The translations under genes and the position numbers were made by a program. A stretch of DNA of 63,412 bases, counting the filler, from Reticulomyxa filosa (Eukaryota > Protista > Foraminifera): assembly GCA_000512085.1 (NCBI GenBank). It is 17 parts of 17 records of this genome, joined end to end, with 100 filler letters (N's around TTAATTAATTAA, not from the genome) between each part and the next. Parts side by side here need not be neighbours in the genome. Positions count along the whole stretch, not along the records: positions 49,218 to 54,805 come from ASPP01002810.1; positions 54,906 to 55,998 come from ASPP01041582.1; positions 56,099 to 58,628 come from ASPP01022313.1; positions 58,729 to 59,824 come from ASPP01035311.1; positions 59,925 to 61,753 come from ASPP01019108.1; positions 61,854 to 63,412 come from ASPP01003808.1; 11 more parts are not named here. The stretch is one strand, 5' to 3'. Of this stretch, positions 51,502 through 63,412 are shown in pieces (positions within the stretch are counted from its first letter, which is position 1; each line of letters begins with the position of its first letter). The notes beneath the pieces were generated by a model. The model saw only the letters and a list, made by a program, of their open reading frames with translations. It did no database searches and was not told the origin of the DNA.

Positions 51502-54500
51502 TTATTGTTTTGTGTCACCTTTTGTCGGTTCGTCTGGTGTCGATCCACCTACAGAAAACGGTTTTTCACCGGGATGATCTTGTGTATCGTTTGGTCTCGT
51601 GAGAAGAGAAGAGCTCTCCTCAGTATCATCTCCAGTGGCATGAACACCCTCAGGCTCCGCACCTTCCGTCTCATCTTTTTGCGAATATTCTCTTGTGTCT
51701 GCACAGGCATTTTTTGTTTTTTTGTTTACCCGAAGAAAAGCGAAGAGAAAAAGAAAAAAAGTAAAGTACCAGGAGTTGATCGCGTCTGTCCAGGAAAATC
51801 CACAGAACCGGGGCCCTGGAGTGTGCTGTTGGTGGCAACATTTGGCGTTGGAGCAAGATCGACATGTTCGGTGAGATTTTTTCGAGAATTAGGGGTTTGT
51901 AATCTGACGGCGTTTGTAGGTCCGTATACATCTGCGGAAGGATTCAGCTCAATTTCATTGGTCTTGTTCGGCAATGAGTTTGATGTAATGTTCGACGCCA
52001 TATTCACATTGATTTGGGTACTCTCTTTCGATCCAATCTCAATGCTCAAGCCACAGCATTGCAATCGGAAGTTCTTCATGCAAACGCAGTAGCCCAAGCA
52101 ACAGAGGGCCAAGACTGCCACAGTTCCTACTATAATTACCACCAAATCCGTTGCTTGTGACCCAGTAAAGTAGCTTTTGTTGCTATTTGAAAGCGCTATT
52201 CAATTGTGACATATATATAATCATCACTCCATTTTTTTTTTTAATTTTAAAAAGATGGACTTAAACAAACAAACAAACAAAAAAAAAGAGTCTTTTTCTT
52301 CCCCTTCTCCTCGTGTTTGACAAATAAGTACGCATAACAATCGTTGTTGCCAGTAGTCTGTGGGGTACTCGTTGGTGTTGATGTCGATTTTGGCGGCTTT
52401 GTCGTTGGTGGTTTTGTTGAAGTGGACGGGGGGACTATTACGATAACAACAACAATGTGTTCACAATGCATTTACTTTTATTTTATTTTTTTTTTTTTTT
52501 TTTTTTTTTAGGTGTGAGTGGTAACATCAAAAAAGATCGACAGAAGGCATGCGAAACAGCGAAAAGTGGCAGGGATGGAGTGACTGCAACCGGTTTGATT
52601 GTGAAAGACGTTGTACGGACAATGCACGAAATCGGTAATGACAACCTCTTGGTTACTTGCCACCGCGGCCGATGTCCGGTTCTTGTTCCAAAATATCACA
52701 TATGGCGATGCGTAGTTTGGCAATGGAATTTTCGAACTGTCTGTCAATGCGAAGTCGTAATACCATCGCAACGACTGTACTCACACAACATACATACACA
52801 TATATGCATATATTGTATATACAATGCAATATTCTTGCGTCAGTTTGCAATTTGCTTTGTCCCCCTTTTCCTAGAATCGTGTCGTCGACAAAACTTTCGA
52901 ATCCAAAGCACCAATCCAAGTGGAAAAATATAAATACGACGAATTCCACACCATAGCAAATGTCATGAAATATTTGTTGCCTAATGAAGAAGATCCATAC
53001 ACGTCGCTTAATTTTGGCAACGTATACAGCTCTTGTGTATATACGTTGTTGTTACTCGTCACGTCATATCCGGACGACATGTTGATATTGTCGTATCCCC
53101 AGTTCGTCGCTGTTATGTCCACCGCTGAGTTCCCGTTCAGTGCATCGCTGGTTCCATCAAACACACTCAACGAAAGCACTGCGTTGTTATCCTAGCATCA
53201 GTTCATCCAAACCACATACAAGGCATACTTTCAAACTAAAAATAAAAATAAAAGATAAATATATGTATGTGTATGTAACTAATAAGTCAATTCGACTTGC
53301 TGTTGTCCACAAATACGATCCTGTCACAAACAAAAGATTCATGTTTGTACAGTAACCTAAACTTGAGCCACATTTCATTACAATAACTAACAAAGTCTCA
53401 AAGTGTACAAACCGTATCCAAGGTAGTCAAAGTTTTTGAATTGGGTGCAATAAGGGATTCCAGTGTTAGTGTCATATGTAATTGTAACGTGCAACGAGTC
53501 ATTCGAATCCACATAAACATAGTCACTTTTGCCGGAAAAGTAATTATCACCTTTTTACGTTTATTTTGTGTTGTTATTTTGGATTATGTTGTTTTTTGTT
53601 TTTTTTTTTTTTTAGGAAAGAAAAATTTGAATGATTGGATACTTTGTCGTACATTGACATCACTTTTCTATGTGATGTTTGTAACATAACCTGGTGAGAC
53701 ACTGTTATCTAAATATTCCTTCCACCATTGATATCCTTTCCACGTAATGACCTCTCGATTAAATACATTGTAATAGACAATGGCCGATTGCGGTATCAAG
53801 TCTCCAAAAATATATCTGTTAATGTATCCTTTTCCTAGGTATTCAAAGTCTTGCGCGGTGGTAAAGTAGGTCGCATTAATTATGAAGCATGCAATCTTTG
53901 CAGCATACTTGTCATTCGCTATAGAACACACGCACAAAAAAAAAGTAATAATAATAATTGGAATAACAACAATCAAGATTTTTTTTTTTTTGAAAATGAA
54001 ACCGGAATTGCCGAGTGTTCCTATAAAGGTGCCATTCGATTGTACATGTGCAACAGTTTTTGTACCCCACCAGGCCGTAATGAATGAAAACGTAACAGCC
54101 TATACAATGTTGCATCCTCTCACTTTTTGTTCACATTGTTTTGACAAGCATTTGGAAAAGAGATTGTGTACACACAAGGCAGACTAACAATGTAATTCTG
54201 TGGCGAATTCAATTTACTGACAGTCCCATTTATCCATTTGCCGTTTGAGCCATATTTTGCCCAGGTCAAATTCACAGCAGCTGGGGACGGGGTTGGGCCT
54301 GTGTATTTGTGTTTATATTATCAAGTGATAACAACATCCATTACAAGAAAGATAGGAAGAAAGAGAGAGAGAAAGAAGAGAATAAGATACGAAAAACACA
54401 ATACTTTGAGTTGGTTTGCGTGTCGACCATTGAGTTGGGACTGTAACAATATATATTGAAGCACATTGCAAAAAAAAAAAAATAAAAATTAGAATTGTTA

Positions 54501-54763
54501 AGTAAATGTGCCAAGATGAAACAAAACAAACAAACAAAAAATGCAAAACTTATAAAGGAAGCAGTGATGTCATGACTGCAACCAGTTTGGTTCTTAAACA
54601 AGTCGTACGGGCAATACACAAAATCAGAGATCACGACTTCTTGGTTACTTTTCACCGCCGCCGATGTTCGATTCTTGTTCCAAATCAGTGCCATAGGGGT
54701 TGCATAATTCGGAAGTGGAATCATTGAGCTGTCCGTTAGGTCGTAGCCATAATACCATTTCAA
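51502..54763 (-). CDS. Type I membrane protein with tandem GH16-like (concanavalin-fold) domains, Pro/Thr stalk and TM; 5' truncated
   Basis: WKGYQWW...SPGDNYFS...VYVDSNDSLHVTI...LGYGLYT...VDITATNWG...WYY...IPLP...EVVITDFVHCP. The domain C-terminus is duplicated (52560-52770 vs 54555-54763). TM is VVIIVGTVAVLALCCLGYCVCM. Confidence 0.7.
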
Positions 54764-54764
54764 T

Positions 54765-54805
<41 letters not shown>

Positions 54806-54905
54806 NNNNNNNNNNNNNNNNNNNNNNNNNNNNNNNNNNNNNNNNNNNNTTAATTAATTAANNNNNNNNNNNNNNNNNNNNNNNNNNNNNNNNNNNNNNN
54901 NNNNN

Positions 54906-55998
54906 ACAATTTTTTCTTGGTTCGCTAAATAATGAAGCGATCTTTGAATGATCGATCCAATTATAGATTGTTACTTTTTTTGATAAATGTGCAACAACAT
55001 CAGCTTTTCCGTGCGCACCAAATTAAATCGTTGAATGCAGCAGTTGTACCAAAATATTGGCGAGCACAATATCGGTTCAATGTGTTAAACAATTGACAAA
55101 AGAGTAAAAGGGAACCCGGACTGCGTTTCATCGTTGCCATCACAAGCATTACTGGTGCTGCGTTTGACAGTCAAGAAGCTTCCTTTGGGGGCGTAATATG
55201 TGAAATTAGTTCATGCATAAGATTGCGCAAGGCCGCCACTCGTGGGTGTGAAGAGCTATTTCATAACGAAAGTAAAGTTGACATAGTGTCTTTTTTTACT
55301 TTCTAAAAAAAATCCGACATCATCCCCACTCATCATATCTTCATTCTATTGTTTGCTTGTTATATCGGCTTGGAGTTTCGCAAAAATCATTCACCAAATT
55401 GAGTCACAATATCGGAAGAATAGTCCCATGTAAAAGTGTGTTCACTCGACCGCCATGTGTGATTATGTATTTCCTATAACGTCCACTTCTTCTTTGTCTT
55501 GTATTTCTTCGGCCAATCTAGTCGCTGCTGTCATTGCGACACTGTAATATCGATATCACTTCGTCTTCATTTTGAGCGATATTATTACGCCTTTTTTCTT
55601 CTTGATAAATTTGTCTTCGTAGTCGAACAGCACCAAGATCCAAATCGTCGGCGATTCAACTGTGAGAATTTTTTTGCAACGATTCCAATTGCATACCAAA
55701 TTCATTCGTTCTCATCGCCATGGTGATAGGAGACATACTTTGGCCTTGGCTAATGGTCGTGATTGGAAATTCTCGCGCCCATTCAATAATTTTTGTGTTG
55801 GAGATACGGTGATTGAAGATACCATTTGTATTTTCTTTTTTTTTTTTTTTGACGTATTCGCTGTTATTCTGGTTTCTTGTTTTCTTGAGTGTTATCCAAC
55901 ACGTCGCCTGTGGTCAATGGTCGCTCCAGGAGGCAGTTCGGTCAAGATAGAATACGTTTGTTCCACAAATGCAAGACAAACAACTCTTGCAGTGATGG
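54906..55998 (-). CDS. Internal fragment of hypothetical gene
   Basis: Alternating GC-richer coding-like blocks and AT-rich introns; no family recognised. Confidence 0.3.
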
Positions 55999-56170
55999 NN
56001 NNNNNNNNNNNNNNNNNNNNNNNNNNNNNNNNNNNNNNNNNNTTAATTAATTAANNNNNNNNNNNNNNNNNNNNNNNNNNNNNNNNNNNNNNNNNNNNAA
56101 AAAAAAAAAAAAGAGGGAAAAGTATGAACATTCTTTAAGTATTGAACATGCATTCAACCGGTTTTGACAG

Positions 56171-57328
56171 GTAAAATCGAATGTGAGAGGGTCGAATCCA
56201 AATGCAAAACCCTATTTGGAATGGAAATATATCGTGGTCTATGGATTACGATGGTTGGGTATGCTTTTGCTGCTTGAATGGCTACTGCATTACATGTACG
56301 CGTTTTATGCAGGCCGATTTATCTTTGGAAGATTGCACGAAATGCAAACGATAGAGAATATCCCGTTGTTCTTTTCCAAGTTGGAATGGTGTGAAAAGTT
56401 CACCATGGTGACCTTTCCTGTTTGGTATGTTTCATATTTTTTATGGAGTAAATTTGTGGTCATTTGGCGCTTCTATCGTCTGTGGGCATTAATTGATGGA
56501 ATTTATACTATTGAAAATATGCAAAGATGTGGACATCATGGTGACAGCGTTGTCGACTTTTGGAAATATTGGCATGCCAGTTTTAATTATTGGAATCTGC
56601 GATACCTCTTTCTTCCTTTAGGTATGACTTTCAAAGTTTAACAAAACCCAATCACACAAGTCAGCCTAACATTTGAAAGAATTGACTGACGAGAGAAAGA
56701 CACATATGAAAATGGGATGTTGTAGATCCGAACTTTTGTTGTTTGTTTATTTGTTAAAAAATGGCAACGCAAAATAGGTGGCTCCAAACATAAATATTGG
56801 AGCCGTCGGGTATTTAATATTATCTTTGTATTCGCGTTCACTACATTATGGCATGGAGACTTTACAACCTCTTTGGTCGCATGGGGTGCACTTATGATGG
56901 GTTGGGTGATTATTGAGCTCGTTTTTAAACAATTGTATTTCTTCGTTTGCAAAAAACTTAGAGCAGCAAATGGCCAAGAAGATAAAAATGCGTCCACTGT
57001 TACTGGAAACGTGTGGGTTGATCAAATTCTTGGAAGCTTAGGAGGGGTTGTATGTGTCAATGCTCTGACTCACGCAAATGTTGTGGGATTTGGTCCTGGA
57101 TTCAAAGCCACAAACTTTTTATATTATCTAATTGGATATGGATTTATTTTAGACAACGAGTTCAAGCTCAGTGTTTTTCTTTTGCTTATCTGTTGCTGGG
57201 TATGTGTTATGGGTTCCAGGAATTTTATTTATTCAAAAGCAGAGCATGGTCAGCTAAATAATTGGAAATGGTTTTGGTTGTGGAAATATTTTGAAGAAGA
57301 ATCTTCCAAAAAAGTGTCAGTGGAATGA
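56171..57328 (+). CDS. MBOAT O-acyltransferase, GUP1/HHAT-like, C-terminal part
   Basis: WSKFVVIWRFYRLWALIDGI..ENMQRC, FWKYWHASFNYWNLRYLFLPLGG, FTTLWHGD (catalytic His), ANVVGFG. Confidence 0.9.
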
Positions 57329-57717
57329 CTTTATATGATGTTTTATATCTTGTCGCATTACAAAAGTTCTCTTATTGTTTTTTATTTTGATTTTGTCCTT
57401 TTAAATTTAATCGACAGATTGCACAAACCATCTACACTATTTTAATAAGCAAAATTATCAATATTTTTGAATATTTTATGTTTGTACTTACTGCAAAACT
57501 TTTAAACGAGAACTCTTGCCGCAATTATTCCATTTTAACAAAAAATCCAATATTGCGAAATTTAAAAAGCAGGACCGAGGTTTTTGTTTCACAGGCAAAT
57601 TATGTAAAAAAGTGAAACGGAAGGTAAATCACCTTACAAACACATACAAATGTGAAAAACCACACAACCACTTTTAAACTAATTTGAAAACGAAAATTAC
57701 TGGTTTGTCCAGCAAGC

Positions 57718-58570
57718 TTAAGTGCATTTTCTGTGCACAATGGATGGCCCAGCTTCATCGTATTCGGATTTGGAGATCCACATTTCCTCAAAGGTGCTCA
57801 ATGAGGACAAGATACTTCCTCCGATCCAGACAGAGTATTTACGTTCAGGGGGGGCAATGATTTTGATTGTCATGGAATCAGGAGCCAAAGCCTTGATTTC
57901 CTTTTGCATTCTTTCGGCAACACCGTTGAACATGGTTGTGCCACCGCTCATAACAATGTTGTTGTACAAATCTTTTCTGATATCAACATCGCATTTCATG
58001 ATGGATTGGAAGGTCAATTTGTGTACACCTTCTTGTTCCAATCCAATGAAGTTTGGTTTAAACAAAACTTCTGGGCATCGGAATCGTTCAGCACCAACAG
58101 TGATGACTTGGCCATCAGGCAATTCGTAGTTTTGTTCCAATTCGCTGGAGGTCTCAGCTTTCTTCAATTCGTCATCATAGTCCAAAGCAACATAGGACAA
58201 TTTTTCCTTGATGTCACGTACAATTTCCTTCTCGGCGGTGGTGGTGAAGGAATATCCTCTTTCCGTCAAGATTTTTTGCAAGTATTCAGTCAAATCTCGT
58301 CCAGCCAAATCCAATCGCAAGACTGCATGAGGCAAGCAATATCCCTCGTAGATTGGGACTGTGTGGGTAACTCCATCACCACTGTCACACACAATACCAG
58401 TGGTTCGTCCACTTGCGTACAATGACAACACGGCTTGAATGGCAACATAGAATGTTGGGGTGTTGAAGGTCTCGAACATGATTTGGGTCATTTTTTCTCT
58501 GTTGGCTTTTGGGTTCAATGGAGCCTCAGTCAACAACATTCCGTGTTCCTCAGGGGCAATTCGCAATTCA
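57718..58570 (-). CDS. ACT: Actin (foraminiferal type-2-like), last exon
   Basis: [67 protein letters not shown]. Confidence 0.98.
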
Positions 58571-60299
58571 CTAAAACACAATTCAAAACAAAAAAACGTA
58601 TACAATAATGTTAAGCAATTTCGCATTANNNNNNNNNNNNNNNNNNNNNNNNNNNNNNNNNNNNNNNNNNNNTTAATTAATTAANNNNNNNNNNNNNNNN
58701 NNNNNNNNNNNNNNNNNNNNNNNNNNNNTTCTAATTACTCTTAAAAGAAAAATGATTTAAACAAATAATGCACCTCTTTTTTGCTTATAATAAAGTTCAT
58801 CTTTTAGATTCCTCAAAAGACTTTGATGTGTTTCACTCAACAAAAAAAAGCAATATCAACAAACAGTAATCTAATATCTATTTTACCGTTCGCCGATTCT
58901 AAAGTATTGAAAATAGAAGGCCGACAATCTATAAAGAAATTATGGCACACGCACAATTTTTTAAAATTTTTTCACTATTTACAGTAGATTGAAGAAACTG
59001 AGCACTAAAATATTATACTATTAAGATGATTTTCTCTGAAAAAAAACTTATCATAATTTTTTTGACAATAAAAAAAATTTGTTTTTTGCAAACTTTTACT
59101 TAATTTTCATTGCTTTTTTCCATTATATTTGCTTTTAATGTATTACACTAAATTATTTTTTATTGCTTTTTAAAGATCGGACTTTACATTGTAATTTTTA
59201 ATGTAATTATGTTGATTTATCACTTAAGCCCACTTGATGTGAGTGTACATCTGCGTAATCAAAAAGAAAAAAAACAAACAATTTCATATACTTTTTTGTG
59301 CAGTATTTTTGATTATACTTAAGATTTTATGGTACAAATACAAGTAATGTTTATAGTTAATATGACACAAACATTAATTGTTAATTTAATACTTCTTGTT
59401 ATTATTTGTGTTGTGATAGGTGATTGTTGTTTTGTAAATGCTGCACTATGTGTAACAAGAAAGGTTACTAAATTATCGATATTTATGTATAAAACAAGTA
59501 ATGTTAATTCAATAGTTATTATATATAAAAAGTTAAATTTAATGTTCACTTAAATTTAATCAACAATAAATATGTAATCAAAATGTAGCAAATATTGCAT
59601 TTGTAACAGTAATTACAACGTCATTGCATCAACAAAGTTAATGATTGGCTAAATCACTTTATAAGTGAATATTCTTTTGATGTAATGCTTGCGGATTGCG
59701 TTTTTACTAAAAAATAACATGTTTTAGATATTTGTTCACAAATTATTGTTATTTTGTTAAAAGGTATCAAAATTCTATACAGTTAGATGCTATTTTTTTG
59801 TCTACATACTTGGAACTTCGTTTCNNNNNNNNNNNNNNNNNNNNNNNNNNNNNNNNNNNNNNNNNNNNTTAATTAATTAANNNNNNNNNNNNNNNNNNNN
59901 NNNNNNNNNNNNNNNNNNNNNNNNAATAAATGAAAAGTGTTTTTGTTTGAAAAATTTGATTAAAGAAAGTATATATTAAATTCAAACGTTTAATTATTAT
60001 TTTTTTTTTACTTTGTTTAAAAAATTTTAAAAAAGCTGCTTATTTTATTTTTTTTTGAGAATTTTCAGATAGCGTTTTGAGGTAGAGCGGAAAAAAAACA
60101 AAGTTTTTTTTCATTTATTAAATAATCTTTTAAAAAAATTTAATTTGTATGTACTTCTTGCAGTCTGATGTTACAACTGCCGCAAGATCAGTTATAGAAT
60201 GTTGAGAGAACAAGTTTGTAAGTAAAATAATGATAAGCCCGGCGGACTTTTGTTTTTTTATCATTTTGGCTTTGTTGACAATTTTTTTTGTCACAGTAT

Positions 60300-61582
60300 T
60301 CAAAGTCAAATTAAAATTACTTTTTTTGAAAATGTAGAATCTCAATTTTGTGTTGGCCCAAAAAAAATGTTTGCGTGGATCCACGTTGTGATGAACTATA
60401 ACTATTTTCTTGTAAATTCTGCATTACTTTTTGTTTATTGATATCACGACCATCATATCCAAATATACGCAATAACATCCACAATAGAAAGATCTGTTGA
60501 CGTAATTACACAAAAAAAAAAGATAACACTTCACTTGACATAACCTCACATACTCATACATAAACACAAGCAAGAGGTGAAAAACGAACAACGGGGACAC
60601 TAAGCGACATAATCAAATTTCAACGTATGAATAGTCAGCAAAGCAAAATTATTAGTTTTTCAATGAACATAAGGTATTGCTATTTTATCGATATACCACT
60701 GTTTTTTTGGTAGAATAACATATATTTTTGTTTTTTTTCTAGATAACTTCCTACTTATTTCTGTAACGTGTTTGCAAGTGCATACATACACGTCACCAAG
60801 GAAATACTCTAAGTCACACAAAGATACTAAGAAATCTTTGAAAAAGCGTATTGTCGTGATAGTACCCAATCATCAAAGCCAGACACGTCATCGACATCGT
60901 ATGTCCACTGTAAAACACATCCGTTCGAGTGATCTTGTATCGCAAGTTCACTAGCAACGCTTCGTACAAGATATTGTCGCTCCATTGATGCACTGGATAC
61001 CCCTGGTATGGATTCGACAATTGCGTCCCCAATAAACACGACGCCCGATATAAAAATAAAAAACTATGAATAATCAAAAATCGACTCAACACAATAAACA
61101 GTTGTTTACAACACGTTATCAGCCACACGATGCTGATTCTCACTATTATGTATTGGCCCACGTCGGGCGAGGACTTGTATTCGCTTTCTTTTTTAGTTGG
61201 AATTTTTTTCGTTTTTTTTAAAAAAATAATAACAATCAATGCTGTGACATTTCGCAAAAGAGACACTTTTTCTATTTTTGCCTATTTAAAACAAAAAAAA
61301 TACCTGCAAAATCGAAAACAAAGTCTGGAAGTGCTATCATTGGAAACTTCTTTTCTGTTGACCTTTTTTCGGTCAACACGTTCGCAATACACATTAAATA
61401 CGTCGAGGCCAAAAAAAAGATGATGGCCATTATCAATCTTCGCTTGAGAAGGACGTTGTGTAAAGATTAACAATAAAAACAGCAGCTTCTCCACACAAAC
61501 TCGCGATTCGGATTTGAATCATCACGTTTTCATCTACAATCTCGATATCTTTGCTTTTTACTCTGTGCAACAGTGCTGACAT
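60300..61582 (-). pseudogene. Sphingomyelin/IPC-synthase-like (PAP2_C) gene, apparently degenerate; ends approximate
   Basis: TQLSNP...ITRTDVFYSGHTMSMT resembles the SMS D3 motif (CGDxxFSGHT); the 5' part has no clean reading frame. Confidence 0.5.
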
Positions 61583-63412
61583 TAGAAAGATTTTACCCTT
61601 TTTTTGTTTGTGTTTTTTAACTTTTTCTCGTGTTTTTTTTAATCATACGCTTAACTTTTTTTCAAAAAAGTACTGTTCACAACAAATTCGAATTCGTTTG
61701 TACATTCAAATGGCAGTTAAAATTTTGTTTTTCATAATAAAAAAATTTAAGTGNNNNNNNNNNNNNNNNNNNNNNNNNNNNNNNNNNNNNNNNNNNNTTA
61801 ATTAATTAANNNNNNNNNNNNNNNNNNNNNNNNNNNNNNNNNNNNNNNNNNNNGTCCTTTATTTTGTTTTCAGAGCTGACAGAAAACGCGCAGTTCAATA
61901 AATTTTTCCTCCTTGTAATAACATGCAATGTAAACTGCGTTTTATTGCATGAATTTAAGAAAAAAAACTACCAAAAGAGAATAAGAAGGCACAAACTAAC
62001 AATTTTCTGACTATTGTATCTTCGTTGTTCATTACTTGCACGAAATGATAACTGAACCAAAAACGTAACTGTGTTTGCAGATTATTGTTTCATAAAATAT
62101 TGTAATGTATTATTATAATGAGAACAGTAATATTTCCTTTTAAATATGCAGTGTGTAAAAAAAAAAACTTGGAGTTTTTTCTGACCAGAACAAAGATAAA
62201 TCCGAGCTCTTTCAATGTGCGACAGGTTGGCAACTCTAGTAAATAATTTATACAAGGTTCAAAGTATTTATCGCAAAGGTATTGACGATCAGTCGTAGGG
62301 TACATTTGGAAAACACCGTTTTGAACAAACAATATCAATTGAATATTGTTTCAAAATGACATATAACATTAAAAAATACATTTTTAACACATTCATATAT
62401 TAGCATTATGTCATCCAATTGAAGCTATGAGTATGATGGTAGTAGATGCTATACTTTGGTTGCAGCAGGCTAGCTTCGAGGAATAATCTTCGGTGTTCAT
62501 ACAAATTTTTTTTAGAATAATCCTATTCGTACTATTTTTTTGTTTGTACTATTGAACGAATTTTTTGAATAATCGCACCAGTTGAATTTTATCAAGATTA
62601 TTTGCTAGCATGAACATGACTATTGTTCTGGATAGCATGTGTGATGAGTCAATGAAACAATGCATTTGAAAATAAGCTATAACTGACGCAATCGCAATCA
62701 AATACGATATGGCTTTACCACAACATAGTTGTGTTTTTTTATTTTTTAAAGGTTAAATAAAAATAATAACAAAGTCATATTGCTATCGAAATGGGATAAG
62801 ACTATACAATAGTAAAAGTCGATAATATATTTGATTGTTACAGTTGCTGTCTTTAGAAAGATATTTTCAAGAGTTAAAGCGATAAATTTTCTTTTCAACT
62901 TTCTTATTTTCAGACTTTCTTCTTAGTCGCTATTGTACGTTTTCTTAGACTTCTTTGTCTATATAATAAAAAACACAAACAAATACAGGCAAACAGCTCC
63001 ATCAGAAGATGTTGTGAATATGGAAATATAAATATCTCTATATGTTGATTGAGGAAATACAGTAGAGTGCAAAGTAAAGTTGGAGCATAAAATTGCACCT
63101 TATATAGATTATTAATTTTCTTCCTGAAAAAACAACATTAAAACATAATTTTTTAAAAACTATATACGAATAGTGTAGTTTTTAAATATCGTTTTGGTTT
63201 TTTATTAAATCTTTCATAATTATTTAAATATTTTTTCTTTTTTTTTTTTAACTAAGTATAGTTCGATATTTGTGTTTTAAATTATTTTTTTTTAAATGAT
63301 TACTCATTAATAACTTTCTGAAAATGCTTAAAAAGTTGGCAAATTTCATAGTTACGACACATGCAAGGTTGTCAACTTTTTCTCGAAAATTTTCAAAAAT
63401 CAATAAAATATT

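Noticed and set aside
57722-58684. Long antisense ORFs over actin (likewise over formin, RhoGAP and the coiled-coil genes)
   Set aside because: Shadow ORFs caused by codon bias of the real genes.
59319-59700. Possible decayed Cys/Asn-rich surface-protein sequence
   Set aside because: Many stops and no diagnostic motif.
61854-63412. Short ORFs 62090-62338 and 62910-63098
   Set aside because: No family recognised and no coherent gene model could be built.

Overview
This window is not one locus. It is 17 unrelated draft-assembly contigs joined by artificial 100-bp linkers (44 N + TTAATTAATTAA + 44 N). The DNA is from an AT-rich, intron-rich eukaryote: short GT-AG introns (occasionally GC-AG), intronic TA microsatellites, a foraminiferal-type actin, and decayed WD40/Kelch family copies. 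These point to a rhizarian/foraminiferan such as Reticulomyxa filosa (inference). Recognisable genes: a 2OG-Fe(II) oxygenase, a coiled-coil protein with an HMMR/kinesin-12-type tail, a Qc-SNARE, a PH-domain protein, a Myb-repeat protein, adenylosuccinate synthetase, asparaginyl-tRNA synthetase, copine, a GT71 mannosyltransferase, a formin, a RhoGAP, a GH16-like membrane protein, a GUP1-like MBOAT, actin and a degenerate sphingomyelin-synthase-like gene. Four observations stand out. (1) An array of at least 12 units of ~125 bp at 38.6-40.0 kb. On the minus strand it reads as 40-nt Pro/Thr-rich micro-exons with variable cores, each between a ..TAG acceptor and a GT donor lying in a conserved hairpin; it is a candidate mutually exclusive exon (diversification) array. 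(2) A decayed CRESS-DNA/geminivirus-like Rep at 46.8-47.5 kb that the ORF track misses. (3) A strong nested hairpin over a splice junction of adenylosuccinate synthetase that cannot be spliced in frame canonically. (4) A tandem GH16-like surface protein lacking catalytic glutamates. Exon boundaries were read by eye, so gene spans are approximate.
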